A stretch of 64,000 bases of DNA from an uncultured Gemmatimonadaceae bacterium (GCA_964557115.1 CAZKYO010000014.1:6144-70143); one strand, 5' to 3'; shown: positions 34,603-44,541, counted from the first letter of the stretch. Numbers and translations are program-made. Notes: a model not told the origin generated them from the letters alone.

Positions 34603-36384
34603 ATGGCACAGACCGCCCTTCGCACCCATCGCTGTGGCTCCCTGACCGCCGACCAGGTCGGCCAGGTCGTGCGCCTCGGCGGGTGGGTCCATCGTCGCCG
34701 CGACCTGGGGGGCATCGTCTTCATCGACCTCCGCGACCGCGATGGCCTGGTGCAGCTTGCCTGCGATCCGGAGTGGACGCCCGCGGCGGTGCTCGAGCGT
34801 GCCTCGGCCGTCGGTGCGGAGACGGTGCTGCTTGTCGAGGGCACGGTCGAGCGGCGGCGCGAGCCGGCCCGCGACCAGACGATGACCTCGCGCGACGTCG
34901 AGGTGCGGGTCACCGCGCTGGAGATCGCGGGTCCCGCCGTCACGCCGGCGATCCCGGTCGGCCGTCGCGAGGGGGAGGAACTCGCCTCGGAGGAGATGCG
35001 GCTGCAGCATCGGGTGCTCGACCTGCGCCGCCCGGAGCTGCAGTGGGCGATCCGCCTGCGCCACCGGCTGATGCAGCGCGCCCGGCGGACGCTCACCGAG
35101 CTCGGCTTCCTCGAGATCGAGACGCCGATCCTCACCAAGCCGACGCCCGAAGGGGCGCGCGACTACCTGGTGCCCAGCCGCGTGCATCCGGGCGAGTGCT
35201 TCGCGCTGCCGCAGAGTCCGCAGATCTACAAGCAGCTGCTGATGATGGCCGGGTTCGATCGCTACTTCCAGATCGCCCGCTGCTTCCGCGACGAGGACCT
35301 CCGCGCCGATCGCCAGCCGGAATTCACCCAGATCGACCTCGAGGCGTCGTTCGTGTCGCAGGACGACGTGATCGCGGTGGTCGAGGCGGTGCTGCGCGAC
35401 CAGTGGGCCGAGGCCGGCCACGAGGTCGCCGTGCCGTTCCCGCGGCTCTCCTGGCGCGAGGCGATGGAGCGCTTCGGGATCGACAAGCCGGACCTGCGGT
35501 ACGGCCTCGAGCTGCAGGACTGGACGGCGCATGCCGGGGCCGACGCCGCGCCATTCGTGACCGACGCGATCGCGGCCGGCGGGCGGCTGCGCGGCATCCA
35601 CGCGCCGGGGCTCGGCGTGCTGTCGCGCAAGGAGCTCGACGCCCTCGCCGCCGCCGCCAAGGCGGCCGGCGCCGGCGGGCTGCTCTGGGCACGTCGCACC
35701 GCGGCCGGCTGGGAGGGGCAGGGGGTCAAGGCGTTCGGCGAATCGGCACTCGCGGCGCTGCCCGGTGCCGAGGGCGACCTGCTGGTCGCGGTCACCGGTC
35801 CCGACCGGATCACCTCGCCCGCGCTGCACGCGGTGCGCGCCGCACTCGGGCAGCGCCCCGAGGTGCCGCGCACGGCCGAGCACGCCTTCCTCTGGGTGGT
35901 TGACTTCCCGCTCTTCGAGCAGGACGCCGAGAGCGGGCACTGGATCTTCACCCACCATCCGTTCACGTCGCCGCATCCCGAGGATCGCGCCTTCCTCGCG
36001 ACCGATCCTGGCCGTTGCCGCGCGCTGCACTACGACGCCGTGTACAACGGCGTCGAGCTCGGCAGCGGGTCGATCCGGATCACCGACCCGGCGCTGCAGG
36101 CGGAGGTGTTCCGCTTCCTCGGCATCGACGCCGCCGAGCAGCGGCTCCGCTTCGGCTTCCTGCTCGACGCCCTGGCCTCGGGTGCGCCGCCGCACGGCGG
36201 CTTCGCGCTCGGCCACGACCGCATCGCGATGCTGCTGGCCGGGGCCAGCTCGCTGCGCGACGTGATCGCGTTCCCCAAGACCGCCCAGGCGCGGGCGCTG
36301 TTCGAGGGGGCGCCGGTCGCGGTTCCCGCGGGCGACCTCGCCGCCCTCCACCTCCGGACGATGGCAGGCACACCTGATGAGTGA
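34603..36384 (+). CDS. aspS: Aspartate--tRNA ligase
   Basis: RTHRCGSL, GWVHRRRDLGGIVFIDLRD, LTKPTPEGARDYLVPSR, ALPQSPQIYKQLLM, FRDEDLRADRQPEFTQID, PPHGGFALGHDR. Confidence 0.97.
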   Translation: MAQTALRTHRCGSLTADQVGQVVRLGGWVHRRRDLGGIVFIDLRDRDGLVQLACDPEWTPAAVLERASAVGAETVLLVEGTVERRREPARDQTMTSRDVEVRVTALEIAGPAVTPAIPVGRREGEELASEEMRLQHRVLDLRRPELQWAIRLRHRLMQRARRTLTELGFLEIETPILTKPTPEGARDYLVPSRVHPGECFALPQSPQIYKQLLMMAGFDRYFQIARCFRDEDLRADRQPEFTQIDLEASFVSQDDVIAVVEAVLRDQWAEAGHEVAVPFPRLSWREAMERFGIDKPDLRYGLELQDWTAHAGADAAPFVTDAIAAGGRLRGIHAPGLGVLSRKELDALAAAAKAAGAGGLLWARRTAAGWEGQGVKAFGESALAALPGAEGDLLVAVTGPDRITSPALHAVRAALGQRPEVPRTAEHAFLWVVDFPLFEQDAESGHWIFTHHPFTSPHPEDRAFLATDPGRCRALHYDAVYNGVELGSGSIRITDPALQAEVFRFLGIDAAEQRLRFGFLLDALASGAPPHGGFALGHDRIAMLLAGASSLRDVIAFPKTAQARALFEGAPVAVPAGDLAALHLRTMAGTPDE

Positions 36385-37333
36385 CGAGGTCCGCACCCAG
36401 CTCTCCGCCGAGGGCGCCGACCCGCTGCTCCTCGCCGGCGTCAACGACGCCAACTTCACCGAGGTCCAGCGGGCCCTCGGCGTGCGCGTCTCGCAGCGCG
36501 GCGACATGCTCACGCTCACCGGCACGAGCGAGCAGCTCGAGCGCGCCGTGCCGGTGCTGCAGGGGCTGGTCGACATGGCACGGATCGGCGAGGCCTCCTC
36601 GCCCGAGGACGTCTTCCGCTACGCCACCGAGGGGTTTGCCCCCCAGGAACTCGGCACCCCCGGCGACGACGCCAAGGTGGTGCTCCCCGGAATGCGCCGG
36701 GCGATCACGCCCAAGACGCCGGGACAGCGCGAGTACCTCTCGCAGATCCAGAACTACGACATCGTCGTCGGCATCGGGCCGGCCGGCACCGGCAAGACCT
36801 ACCTGGCCGTCGCCAAGGCGGTCGAGGCGCTGGCGCGCAAACGGGTCAAGCGGATCGTGCTGGCGCGCCCGGCCGTCGAGGCGGGCGAGTCGCTCGGCTT
36901 CCTCCCCGGCGACCTCCAGCAGAAGGTCGATCCGTACCTGCGGCCGCTCTACGACGCGCTCGAGGACATGATGCCCTACGAGCGGGTGCAGAAGGCGCTC
37001 GACGCGCGGATCATCGAGATCGCGCCGCTCGCGTACATGCGCGGCCGCACCCTCAACGACGCGTTCATCATCCTCGACGAGTCGCAGAACGCCACCGGCG
37101 CCCAGATGAAGATGTTCCTCACCCGCCTCGGCGTGAACAGCAAGGTCGTGGTCACCGGGGACAAGACCCAGATCGACCTGCCGCATCGCGAGGATTCCGG
37201 CCTGGTGCAGATCGAGCGGATCCTCCCGGGCATCGACGGCATCGCCTTCCACTACTTCACCGACGCGGACGTGGTGCGGCACCGGCTGGTCAAGGAGATC
37301 ATCCGGGCCTACGCGGAGGACCAGGCCGGCTGA
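36377..37333 (+). CDS. phoH: PhoH family ATPase
   Basis: [56 protein letters not shown]. Confidence 0.95.
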   Translation: MSDEVRTQLSAEGADPLLLAGVNDANFTEVQRALGVRVSQRGDMLTLTGTSEQLERAVPVLQGLVDMARIGEASSPEDVFRYATEGFAPQELGTPGDDAKVVLPGMRRAITPKTPGQREYLSQIQNYDIVVGIGPAGTGKTYLAVAKAVEALARKRVKRIVLARPAVEAGESLGFLPGDLQQKVDPYLRPLYDALEDMMPYERVQKALDARIIEIAPLAYMRGRTLNDAFIILDESQNATGAQMKMFLTRLGVNSKVVVTGDKTQIDLPHREDSGLVQIERILPGIDGIAFHYFTDADVVRHRLVKEIIRAYAEDQAG

Positions 37334-37749
37334 TGGCGGGCTCGGTGATCGTCGCGGGGAGCGACGCGCTCCCGGTGCGCACCGTGGCGCGGGCCGTCCG
37401 GCACGTCCTCGCGGGCGAGCGTCGCGAGGCCGACGTGTCGGTCACCTTCCTGGGGCGCGCCGCGATGCAGGCGATGAATCGCGACTACAAGCACCACGAC
37501 CGACCCACCGACGTGATCGCGTTCGCGCTGCCGCAGCCCGACGGCACCCTTGCCGGCGACGTCTACATCTGCCGCTTCGTCGCCGCGCGCGAGGCCCGCA
37601 GTCGCGGCGTGCCGGTGCGCGAGGAGCTGCTGCGCCTGGTGGTGCACGGCACCCTGCACGTGCTGGGGCACGACCATCCCGAGTCGGCGGCGCGCGAGCG
37701 CTCGCCGATGTGGCGGCGCCAGGAGCGCTACGTGCAGGCGCTGGCGTGA
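37333..37749 (+). CDS. ybeY: rRNA maturation endoribonuclease YbeY
   Basis: NRDY...[15 protein letters not shown], metal motif [11 protein letters not shown]. Confidence 0.95.
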   Translation: MAGSVIVAGSDALPVRTVARAVRHVLAGERREADVSVTFLGRAAMQAMNRDYKHHDRPTDVIAFALPQPDGTLAGDVYICRFVAAREARSRGVPVREELLRLVVHGTLHVLGHDHPESAARERSPMWRRQERYVQALA

Positions 37750-38930
37750 ACGGCCTCCTCGAGGGCGCCCTGCCGGCACTGGTCGGGATCCTGATGATCT
37801 GGGCCGGCGTCGTGGCGCTGGCCGGCCAGGCCGCGGGGAACATCCGCGCCGAGGTGCTCACCGACCCGCGTCGCCAGGCGCTCACGCCCGAGCGCACGCT
37901 CCACGTGATGCACTTCGCCTCGCTGACCCTGGCCGCCGCGGTGGCCGGCACCTGGACCGGCTGGTGGCTCTTCTCGCCGACCCTCGCCCTGATCCGCGTG
38001 GTGCTGGTGGCCGTGCTGGTCTGGGCGATCGGCGACCTGGTGCCGCGGCTGCTTGCGGTGCTGGCCCCCGAGATCGTCCCCTACGTCCGCGACAAGGTGC
38101 TCCTCGCCGCGCCGCTCTACGCCCCGCTGCTCTGGATGGCCCGCCGCCTCGACCTCGGCCTGCCGAGCGTCGCCGGCCCCGGCGGCGACGGGCGCGCCGA
38201 GTCGACCAAGGAGATGGCGATGGGGGTCTTCTCCCTCAAGGAGATGACCGTCGGCGAGGTGATGACGCCGCGGATCGACATCGTGTCGGTGCCGAGCGAC
38301 GCCGACGAGGCGAGCGTCGTCGCGACGCTGCGGCGGAGCGAGCACGCCCGTCTCCTGGTGGACGAGGGCGCCCTCGACGACGTGGTGGGGATCATCTACG
38401 CCAAGGACGTGCTGCCGCGGCTCGCCACCGACCTGCCGCAGCGGACGCCGTGGCAGGAGCTGATCCGTCCGGCGGCGTTCGTCCCCGAGGGGAAGACGCT
38501 GGAGCGGCAGCTGCGCGACTTCCAGCGCGGCCCCGGCCACATCGCGGTGGTGGTCGACGAGTACGGCGGTACGGCGGGACTGGTGACGCTCGAGGACATC
38601 CTCGAGCAGATCGTCGGCGAGATCCAGGACGAGTACGACGTCGACGAGGTGGCGCCGATCACCCACCACACCGACGGGCACCTCACCGTGCTGGGTGGCG
38701 TGCCGCTCGCCGACCTCGAGCAGGAGATCGAACACGACTTCGAGCGCGAGGACGTCGCGACCGTCGGCGGGCTGGTCTTCGCCGAGCTTGGCCGGGTGCC
38801 GCGCACCGGCGAGTCGCTCGAGGTGGACGGCTGGCGCTTCACCGTCGAGCTGGTGGTCCGGCGTCGGGTGCGCCGGGTGACGGTCTGGCCGCCGGTCCTG
38901 GCCGACGTCGAACCGGGCGACGACGCATGA
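37746..38930 (+). CDS. Hemolysin-family / CNNM (CorB/CorC-like) CBS-domain membrane protein, paralog 1
   Basis: N-terminal TM helices, [40 protein letters not shown]-terminal CorC domain ([14 protein letters not shown]). Confidence 0.88.
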   Translation: MNGLLEGALPALVGILMIWAGVVALAGQAAGNIRAEVLTDPRRQALTPERTLHVMHFASLTLAAAVAGTWTGWWLFSPTLALIRVVLVAVLVWAIGDLVPRLLAVLAPEIVPYVRDKVLLAAPLYAPLLWMARRLDLGLPSVAGPGGDGRAESTKEMAMGVFSLKEMTVGEVMTPRIDIVSVPSDADEASVVATLRRSEHARLLVDEGALDDVVGIIYAKDVLPRLATDLPQRTPWQELIRPAAFVPEGKTLERQLRDFQRGPGHIAVVVDEYGGTAGLVTLEDILEQIVGEIQDEYDVDEVAPITHHTDGHLTVLGGVPLADLEQEIEHDFEREDVATVGGLVFAELGRVPRTGESLEVDGWRFTVELVVRRRVRRVTVWPPVLADVEPGDDA

Positions 38931-40117
38931 GGTGGCTCCTGCTCCTGGTCGGGCTGCTGCTCGCCTGGGTCGGCTCCGCCGGCGCCGCCGCGCTGCTCAC
39001 CGCCGCGCGTTCGGAGCTCGCCGAGGCGGTCACCCGTCGGCTGCGCGGGTCGGACGAGTCGTTCGAGTGGCTCGCCGAGGCCGAGCGTCTCGTGGTGGCA
39101 GCGATGGCGATCGCGTCGCTCGGCGTGGCGCTGGCGGGCGCGGCGATCCCCGGAATCTTCGACGCGCTCACGCTGCCCGGGCTGGTGCTGCTGCTGATCT
39201 TCGTGGTCGTGCCGGTGACACTGCTGGGCGGCTACCTGCTGCCGCGCTGGCTCACCGTGCCGCGGGCCGGTCGCGCCGTCGCGTCGCTGCGGGCGCCGCT
39301 GTCGGCATTCGCCGGCGTGCTCCGCATCGTGCTGCCGAGCGGCACCGGCAGCATGCGCGAGGAGGTACAGGCGATGGCCCGGGAGGGGAGCGCCTCGGGA
39401 CTCGGCGCCGGCGAGGAGCTCGCGATGGTGGGCGGCGTCGTCAGCTTCGCCGAGCGGCCGGTGCGCGAGATGATGACGCCGCGCACCGACGTGGTGGCAG
39501 TGCCGGCCGACGCCGCGCGTGACGAGGTGCTGGCGACCTTCGCGGAGAGCGGCTACACCAGGTTGCCGGTGTACAACGGCACGCTCGACGAGATCGTCGG
39601 GATGGTCCATGCCTTCGACCTCTTCAAGCTCGAGGCCGGGCAACCGCTCCCGGTGCGGCCGGTCGCGCAGGCGCCCGAGACGCGCACCGCCGCCGACCTG
39701 CTGCTCGACATGCAGCGCGACCGCCGCCACCTCGCGGTCGTGCTCGACGAGTTCGGCGGTACCGCGGGGGTGGTGACTCTCGAGGACCTGCTCGAGGCGC
39801 TGGTCGGCGAGATCGCCGACGAGGACGAGGCGATGGCGGCGCCGGCGCCGGTGGCGGGCGACTTCCTGTTCGTCGACGGCACCTCCGCCGCCGATCGGGT
39901 GGCCGAGTACTTCGGCGTCGCCGTGCCGGGCGGCGAGGCGACCTCCTACGCCGGCCTGCTGGTCGAGCGCCTCGGGCGGATCCCGCGGCCCGGGGAACGC
40001 TTCCGGCTCGGCAAGCTCGACATCGACGTCATCGAGGCATCCCCGGTCCGCATCGAGCGACTGGTGCTCCGACGCGGCACCCCGGGACCGATCCCGCTCG
40101 ATCGGGAGGGCGCATGA
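38927..40117 (+). CDS. Hemolysin-family / CNNM (CorB/CorC-like) CBS-domain membrane protein, paralog 2
   Basis: N-terminal TM helices, EMMTPRTDVV, SGYTRLPVY, VLDEFGGTAGVVTLEDLLEALVGEIADE, C-terminal CorC domain. Confidence 0.88.
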   Translation: MRWLLLLVGLLLAWVGSAGAAALLTAARSELAEAVTRRLRGSDESFEWLAEAERLVVAAMAIASLGVALAGAAIPGIFDALTLPGLVLLLIFVVVPVTLLGGYLLPRWLTVPRAGRAVASLRAPLSAFAGVLRIVLPSGTGSMREEVQAMAREGSASGLGAGEELAMVGGVVSFAERPVREMMTPRTDVVAVPADAARDEVLATFAESGYTRLPVYNGTLDEIVGMVHAFDLFKLEAGQPLPVRPVAQAPETRTAADLLLDMQRDRRHLAVVLDEFGGTAGVVTLEDLLEALVGEIADEDEAMAAPAPVAGDFLFVDGTSAADRVAEYFGVAVPGGEATSYAGLLVERLGRIPRPGERFRLGKLDIDVIEASPVRIERLVLRRGTPGPIPLDREGA

Positions 40118-41454
40118 GCACGCCGGAAGAACTGCGGCTCGAGGAACTTGTCGCGCTGGCGCGCGAGGGGCGCACCGAGGCCTTCATCGAGCGGGCGTGG
40201 GAGCTGGAGCCGGCCGACCTGGGTGACGTGCTCGCCGTGCTCGACGAGGAGGAGCGGATCGCGCTGGTGCGGGTGCTGCCGCCCGAGCTGTCGTCGCAGG
40301 CGCTGGTCGAGATGCCCGACGAGGCGCACCCCGAGGAGACCCTCGCGGCGCTGCCGCCCGAGCACGCCGCCGAGATCGTCGAGGAGCTCGAGGACGACGA
40401 CGCGGCCGACATCCTCGGCGAACTGGAGCCCGAGCAGCAGGAGCTGATCCTCGCCGGCCTGTCGGACCGGAGCGACGTCGACCGGCTGCTCCGCTACGAC
40501 GAGGAGACGGCCGGCGGCCTGATGACGACCCGCGTCGTCACCGTCACCGACCTCGACACCGTGGGACTCGCGCTGGAGGCGGTAAGGCGCCAGGCGGACG
40601 AGGTCGAGGACGTGACCGAGATCTACGTCGTCGACCGCTCGCGCCGCCTGGTCGGGATGCTCTCGTTCAAGCAGCTGGTGGTGAGCGGCAACGACCGACT
40701 CGTGCGCGACGTGATGGACGACGCCGACGTGCGCGCCACGGCCGACGTCGACCAGGAGGAGGTCGCCCGGCTGATGGCCCGCTACAACGTGCCGTCGGTG
40801 CCGGTGGTCGACACCGCCGGCCGCCTGCTGGGGCGGGTGACCTACGACGACGTGATCGACGTCGCCGAGGCCGAGGCGACCGAGGACCTGCTGCGCTTCG
40901 GCGGCGTCTCGCCGGATGAGGAGCTGGCCGGCTCCTGGACCAGCGCGATCCGGTCACGGTTGCCGTGGCTCTACGTCAACCTGCTGACGGCGTTCCTCGC
41001 CGCCACCGTGGTGCACTTCTTCCAGAGCTCGATCGCCGCGCTGCCGGTGCTCGCGGTGTGGATGCCGATCATCGCCGGGATGGGCGGCAACGCCGGCACC
41101 CAGGCGCTCGCCGTCACCGTCCGCCGCGTCTCGCTGGGCCAGGTCCCCGTCTCGGGGCTCCGCAGCGTGATCGCCAAGGAGCTGCTGGTCGGCATCATCA
41201 ACGGCGCCGCGATCGGCGCCGTGGTCGCCACCGTGGCGGTGCTCTCGGGCGAGTCGTGGCGACTGGGGGCGGCGGTCTTCGCCGCGATGACCCTCAACCT
41301 CTTCGTGGCGGGCTTCGCCGGGTCGTTCGTTCCGGTGACCCTCGAGCGGATGGGGGTCGATCCCGCCGTCGCGTCGTCGATCTTCGTGACGACCTTCACC
41401 GACGTCTGCGGCTTCGGCCTGCTGCTGGGGCTGGCGACGATGGTGATGCTCTAG
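40114..41454 (+). CDS. mgtE: Magnesium transporter MgtE
   Basis: DDAADIL, YDEETAGGLMT, CBS pair, RLPWLYVNL, MGGNAGTQAL, DPAVASSIFVTTFTDVCG. Confidence 0.96.
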   Translation: MSTPEELRLEELVALAREGRTEAFIERAWELEPADLGDVLAVLDEEERIALVRVLPPELSSQALVEMPDEAHPEETLAALPPEHAAEIVEELEDDDAADILGELEPEQQELILAGLSDRSDVDRLLRYDEETAGGLMTTRVVTVTDLDTVGLALEAVRRQADEVEDVTEIYVVDRSRRLVGMLSFKQLVVSGNDRLVRDVMDDADVRATADVDQEEVARLMARYNVPSVPVVDTAGRLLGRVTYDDVIDVAEAEATEDLLRFGGVSPDEELAGSWTSAIRSRLPWLYVNLLTAFLAATVVHFFQSSIAALPVLAVWMPIIAGMGGNAGTQALAVTVRRVSLGQVPVSGLRSVIAKELLVGIINGAAIGAVVATVAVLSGESWRLGAAVFAAMTLNLFVAGFAGSFVPVTLERMGVDPAVASSIFVTTFTDVCGFGLLLGLATMVML

Positions 41455-41456
41455 GC

Positions 41457-41513
41457 GTAAATGGTGAATGGTGAATGGGTCACCCGGCCGCCCATTCACC
41501 ATTCACCATTCAC
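41457..41513. repeat. Second heptamer-built palindromic element (GTGAATG)n...(CATTCAC)n between convergent genes
   Basis: GTAAATG GTGAATG GTGAATG, a 15-nt loop, then CATTCAC x3. Confidence 0.9.
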
Positions 41514-41548
41514 CTTGCCAATGCTTCGCCCTCATCGGGCGAGTCGTG

Positions 41549-42019
41549 TCACATCTTCATCTCCGGCACCTCGGCGAGCCGGACGATCTTCCATTCCTTG
41601 TAGCCACGGCGCAGGACCACGAGGTAGTGGCTCTTCATTTCGCCACCCGCGGCGGGATGGAAGGTCACCGTGCCGACGTCGATGCCGGTGTTGCCGAACA
41701 CCGAGAGCGTGTCGGACGTGATGATCATGTGGCCGCCGGCGCCGATGCGCTTCGCGAGCTCGGCCTTGATCGCCGCACCGCCGGTGTAGGTCATTCCGTC
41801 GCCACTGAACCAGACGGCGTCGTCGGCGTAGGTGTTGCCGAGGCCGGTCTGGTCCTTCTGGTTGAACATCTCGGCGTACGAGCTCCGGAACCGCGCCAGC
41901 TCGGTGCGGGCGGTCTGCAGCGGGACCAGCCCCTGCTCGATCTGGGCACGGGCGACTGTCGGCACCGCGAGGAGCGTGGCGGCAAGGGCAGGAACGATGA
42001 GACGAATGCGTGAAGACAC
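41549..42019 (-). CDS. Secreted NTF2/SnoaL-like (DUF4440-type) protein
   Basis: GTG start with GAGAGG SD, signal peptide ending A-R-A, YADDAVW, YLVVLRR...WKIV. Confidence 0.75.
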   Translation of the reverse strand: MSSRIRLIVPALAATLLAVPTVARAQIEQGLVPLQTARTELARFRSSYAEMFNQKDQTGLGNTYADDAVWFSGDGMTYTGGAAIKAELAKRIGAGGHMIITSDTLSVFGNTGIDVGTVTFHPAAGGEMKSHYLVVLRRGYKEWKIVRLAEVPEMKM

Positions 42020-42190
42020 GATCACCTCTCGACGTTTGGGGACGCACCGGAATGCTACCGCCGGTCCCCGCCGCCGCAAGGGACGATCGTCAGCGACGGG
42101 TCAGCGCGGCGGAGCGCCCAGGCCCTTACCGGATCGCCGTCGGGGCGGTACCCTATCCGGCCCCGGTCGTCCCCTCCCATCGGACCCCGA

Positions 42191-42631
42191 ATGCACGGCG
42201 AGAAGATCTACGAGTACGACCTGGCGATGTCCGGGCTCACCGAGCACGGCCTCACGCTCGCCGACGTCCTCACCGGGTCGGCACCGATCCCGCCCGAGGG
42301 GGCCCGGATCGAGGTGGAGGTCGCCGGGACGATCGCCGGTCGCCTGAGCGGCACCGTGACCGGGGCCGACCTCACGGTGCTCCGGGCCGATGGCCTGATC
42401 GACCTCGACATTCGCGCGACGATCGAGACCGAGGAGGGGGTGCGGATCGCGCTCTGGGCCGACGGCGTCGCCGTGCCGCGGCCGGACGCACCGATCGGCG
42501 ACCTGTTCGAACAGGTCCTGCTCGGGACATCGGCCCCTGGCTATGAATGGCTCCACGGCCGCCAGGTCTGGGGGATCGGCACCGTCGACTTCGCCGAGGG
42601 GAAGATTCACATCGACGGGTACCTGCAGTGA
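42191..42631 (+). CDS. DUF3237-family protein
   Basis: GRLSGTVTGAD...RADG...LDIRATIETEEG and SAPGYEWL pattern; family recognised from memory. Confidence 0.7.
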   Translation: MHGEKIYEYDLAMSGLTEHGLTLADVLTGSAPIPPEGARIEVEVAGTIAGRLSGTVTGADLTVLRADGLIDLDIRATIETEEGVRIALWADGVAVPRPDAPIGDLFEQVLLGTSAPGYEWLHGRQVWGIGTVDFAEGKIHIDGYLQ

Positions 42632-43179
42632 GGCGGCCCTACGCCATTCGCTACCGGGCCGCGTGGGCGATCGTGCTCGTCGCCGCATGTGCCCCCGCGC
42701 CCTCCGAGCCACCGCCTCCGCCGGTCCCGGCCGGGCACCAGCCGGGCGAGGAAGCCGCCGTGCTGGCGGCGATGGATGGCTACCTGCGGGGGATCGCCAC
42801 CAACGACGTGGCCAACCTCGTCCCGCTGCAGACCGCCGATGGAATGACCTACCGCGCCAAGGCACTGCCTGAGGGCGGCATGGAGATCGTATCGCATCCC
42901 AACAGCTACTGGATCGATCCGTCCCAGAACGACGGCAGCACCAACCGCGAGCGCTACTGGTCGCCAACGGTGCTGATCCGCGGCGGGATCGCGGTGGTGT
43001 GGGCCCCATACGAGTATCAACGGAACGGCGCCACGAGCCATTGCGGCGTGGACGTGTTCGACTTCATCAAGCGTGACGGGAAGTGGATCGTCTCCAACGC
43101 GACCTGGACCGTCGAGCCGGATGCCTGCCCGTCGCTCCGGCCCGCCGACTCGTCGATCGTCCGGCCCGCCGGGGGCTGA
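42628..43179 (+). CDS. NTF2-like lipoprotein
   Basis: GTG start overlapping the upstream stop, lipobox LVAAC, IAVVWAPYEY...SHCGVDVFDFIKRDGKWIV. Confidence 0.75.
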   Translation: MRRPYAIRYRAAWAIVLVAACAPAPSEPPPPPVPAGHQPGEEAAVLAAMDGYLRGIATNDVANLVPLQTADGMTYRAKALPEGGMEIVSHPNSYWIDPSQNDGSTNRERYWSPTVLIRGGIAVVWAPYEYQRNGATSHCGVDVFDFIKRDGKWIVSNATWTVEPDACPSLRPADSSIVRPAGG

Positions 43180-43297
43180 CACCCCGAAGCCACACCGGTC
43201 CGGCCGCCGCCCACTCGGCTCCTGGGTGACCTCGCCCGACCCCACGGGGTCTGGGGATGGACCCACCCCAGCTTCGATTCGCTCCCCGGAGACCGCC

Positions 43298-44008
43298 TTG
43301 CGCCGACTCCTGCCCGGCATCCTGCCCTTTCTCGTGGTCACCATCGTCGCCTGTGGCGGTGACAACGGATCCGCCGGCCCCACGAATCTCGAGGCACCCG
43401 ACACCCGTTCCACCGGCGAGCTGGCTTCAGCGGACGGCAACTTCCGGGTCCGCTTCACGCTCGAGGGCGGCGTGCCTCCCAAGGTGCCGATCCTCGTCGC
43501 GTTCGACGGACGGGAACCGGATCCGATCATGCTCTCGCGTCCGATCGACGAGCGCCGCTACCAGCTCACCCCCGGCTCGCACCGGATCGCCATCTCGCTC
43601 GATCAGGCGAGCTGCGGGGTGAACCGGTCGATCGACGAGGAGGGGAACTACCATAGCCTCGAGAATATCCTCGTCCTCGAGAATCACGTCGGCAATTACC
43701 AGGTCGATGTCGACTGCACCAGCATCCTCGACACCTGGGTGGTCAAGGTGACGCCGCAGAGTGAGAAGCTCGACGAGGGCGGCTTCACGCTCACCTTCTC
43801 GAACCCGGAGTTCGGTACCCGGACCGAACACCTGCCGGCGGAGGGCCGACTCGAGTTGATCGGGTATCACGTGGGGTGGTACAAGCTGCGGCTGACCGAC
43901 GTAGATCCCAACTGCTCGGTCCGTGGCCTGGGGGCACCGGGCTGGGGCGATTCGATCGAGATCAAGCCCTACAGCGGCGTGATCTTCTACTGGGTGACCT
44001 GCAGCTAG
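43298..44008 (+). CDS. Hypothetical lipoprotein with two Cys-bracketed beta-rich repeats
   Basis: TTG start after GGAG, lipobox IVAC, repeats ending SCGV...VDC and NCSV...VTC. Confidence 0.65.
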   Translation: MRRLLPGILPFLVVTIVACGGDNGSAGPTNLEAPDTRSTGELASADGNFRVRFTLEGGVPPKVPILVAFDGREPDPIMLSRPIDERRYQLTPGSHRIAISLDQASCGVNRSIDEEGNYHSLENILVLENHVGNYQVDVDCTSILDTWVVKVTPQSEKLDEGGFTLTFSNPEFGTRTEHLPAEGRLELIGYHVGWYKLRLTDVDPNCSVRGLGAPGWGDSIEIKPYSGVIFYWVTCS

Positions 44009-44058
44009 GCGAACGAGTTCCGCCCCGGCCGAGGGGCGCGGCGACGCTATCTTCCGGC

Positions 44059-44103
44059 ATGACGCACCAAGTCCACCATCCGCTCCCCTCGGCGTCGCAA
44101 TGA
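44059..44103 (+). CDS. Possible leaderless 14-aa upstream ORF (MTHQVHHPLPSASQ) coupled to the next gene
   Basis: TATCTT (44048-44053), 5 nt, then ATG. Its stop overlaps the next ATG (ATGA). Confidence 0.35.
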   Translation: MTHQVHHPLPSASQ

Positions 44104-44531
44104 CGCCGGGGTCGCCGCACCTCGATCCAACCCAGGCCGCCGGCCGCGACTTCGTGATGCGCGGCATCCGCGGGCCGGTCGTGATGCTCAACCTCCTCCG
44201 CTACCGCGACACGGCCGACTACGCCTCCTCGCCCGAGCTGGCGCCGCCCGCACCGATCAGCGGCGAGGCGGCCTACCGGCGCTACATGGAGCACACCCTG
44301 CCGTTCCTGGAGCGGTCGGGCGGCAAGGTGACCTTCTTCGGCAAGGGCGGGCCCTGGCTCATCGGCCCGGCGGGCGAGCGGTGGGACGCGGCGATGCTGG
44401 TGGAGCAGGCGAGCGTCGAGTCGTTCCTCGCGTTCGCGACCGATGTCGAGTATCTCAAGGGGATCGGTCACCGGACCGCGGCCCTCGCCGATTCCCGGCT
44501 CCTGCCGCTCGAACCGACCCCGGTGGGCTGA
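44100..44531 (+). CDS. DUF1330-family protein (dimeric alpha/beta barrel)
   Basis: GPVVMLNLLRYR, EAAYRRY, GGKV, ERWDAAMLVE, HRTAALADSRL. Confidence 0.8.
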   Translation: MTPGSPHLDPTQAAGRDFVMRGIRGPVVMLNLLRYRDTADYASSPELAPPAPISGEAAYRRYMEHTLPFLERSGGKVTFFGKGGPWLIGPAGERWDAAMLVEQASVESFLAFATDVEYLKGIGHRTAALADSRLLPLEPTPVG

Positions 44532-44541
44532 CGGAGGCACA

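Noticed and set aside
33535-36576. 1013-aa minus-strand ORF, and similar long ORFs at 44559-46835 (-), 47621-49906 (+) and 58934-60769 (+)
   Set aside because: They lie antisense to well-supported genes (TBDR/aspS, GH127, DUF5695, GH36-like), with Arg/Ala/Gly-rich composition and no domain signal.
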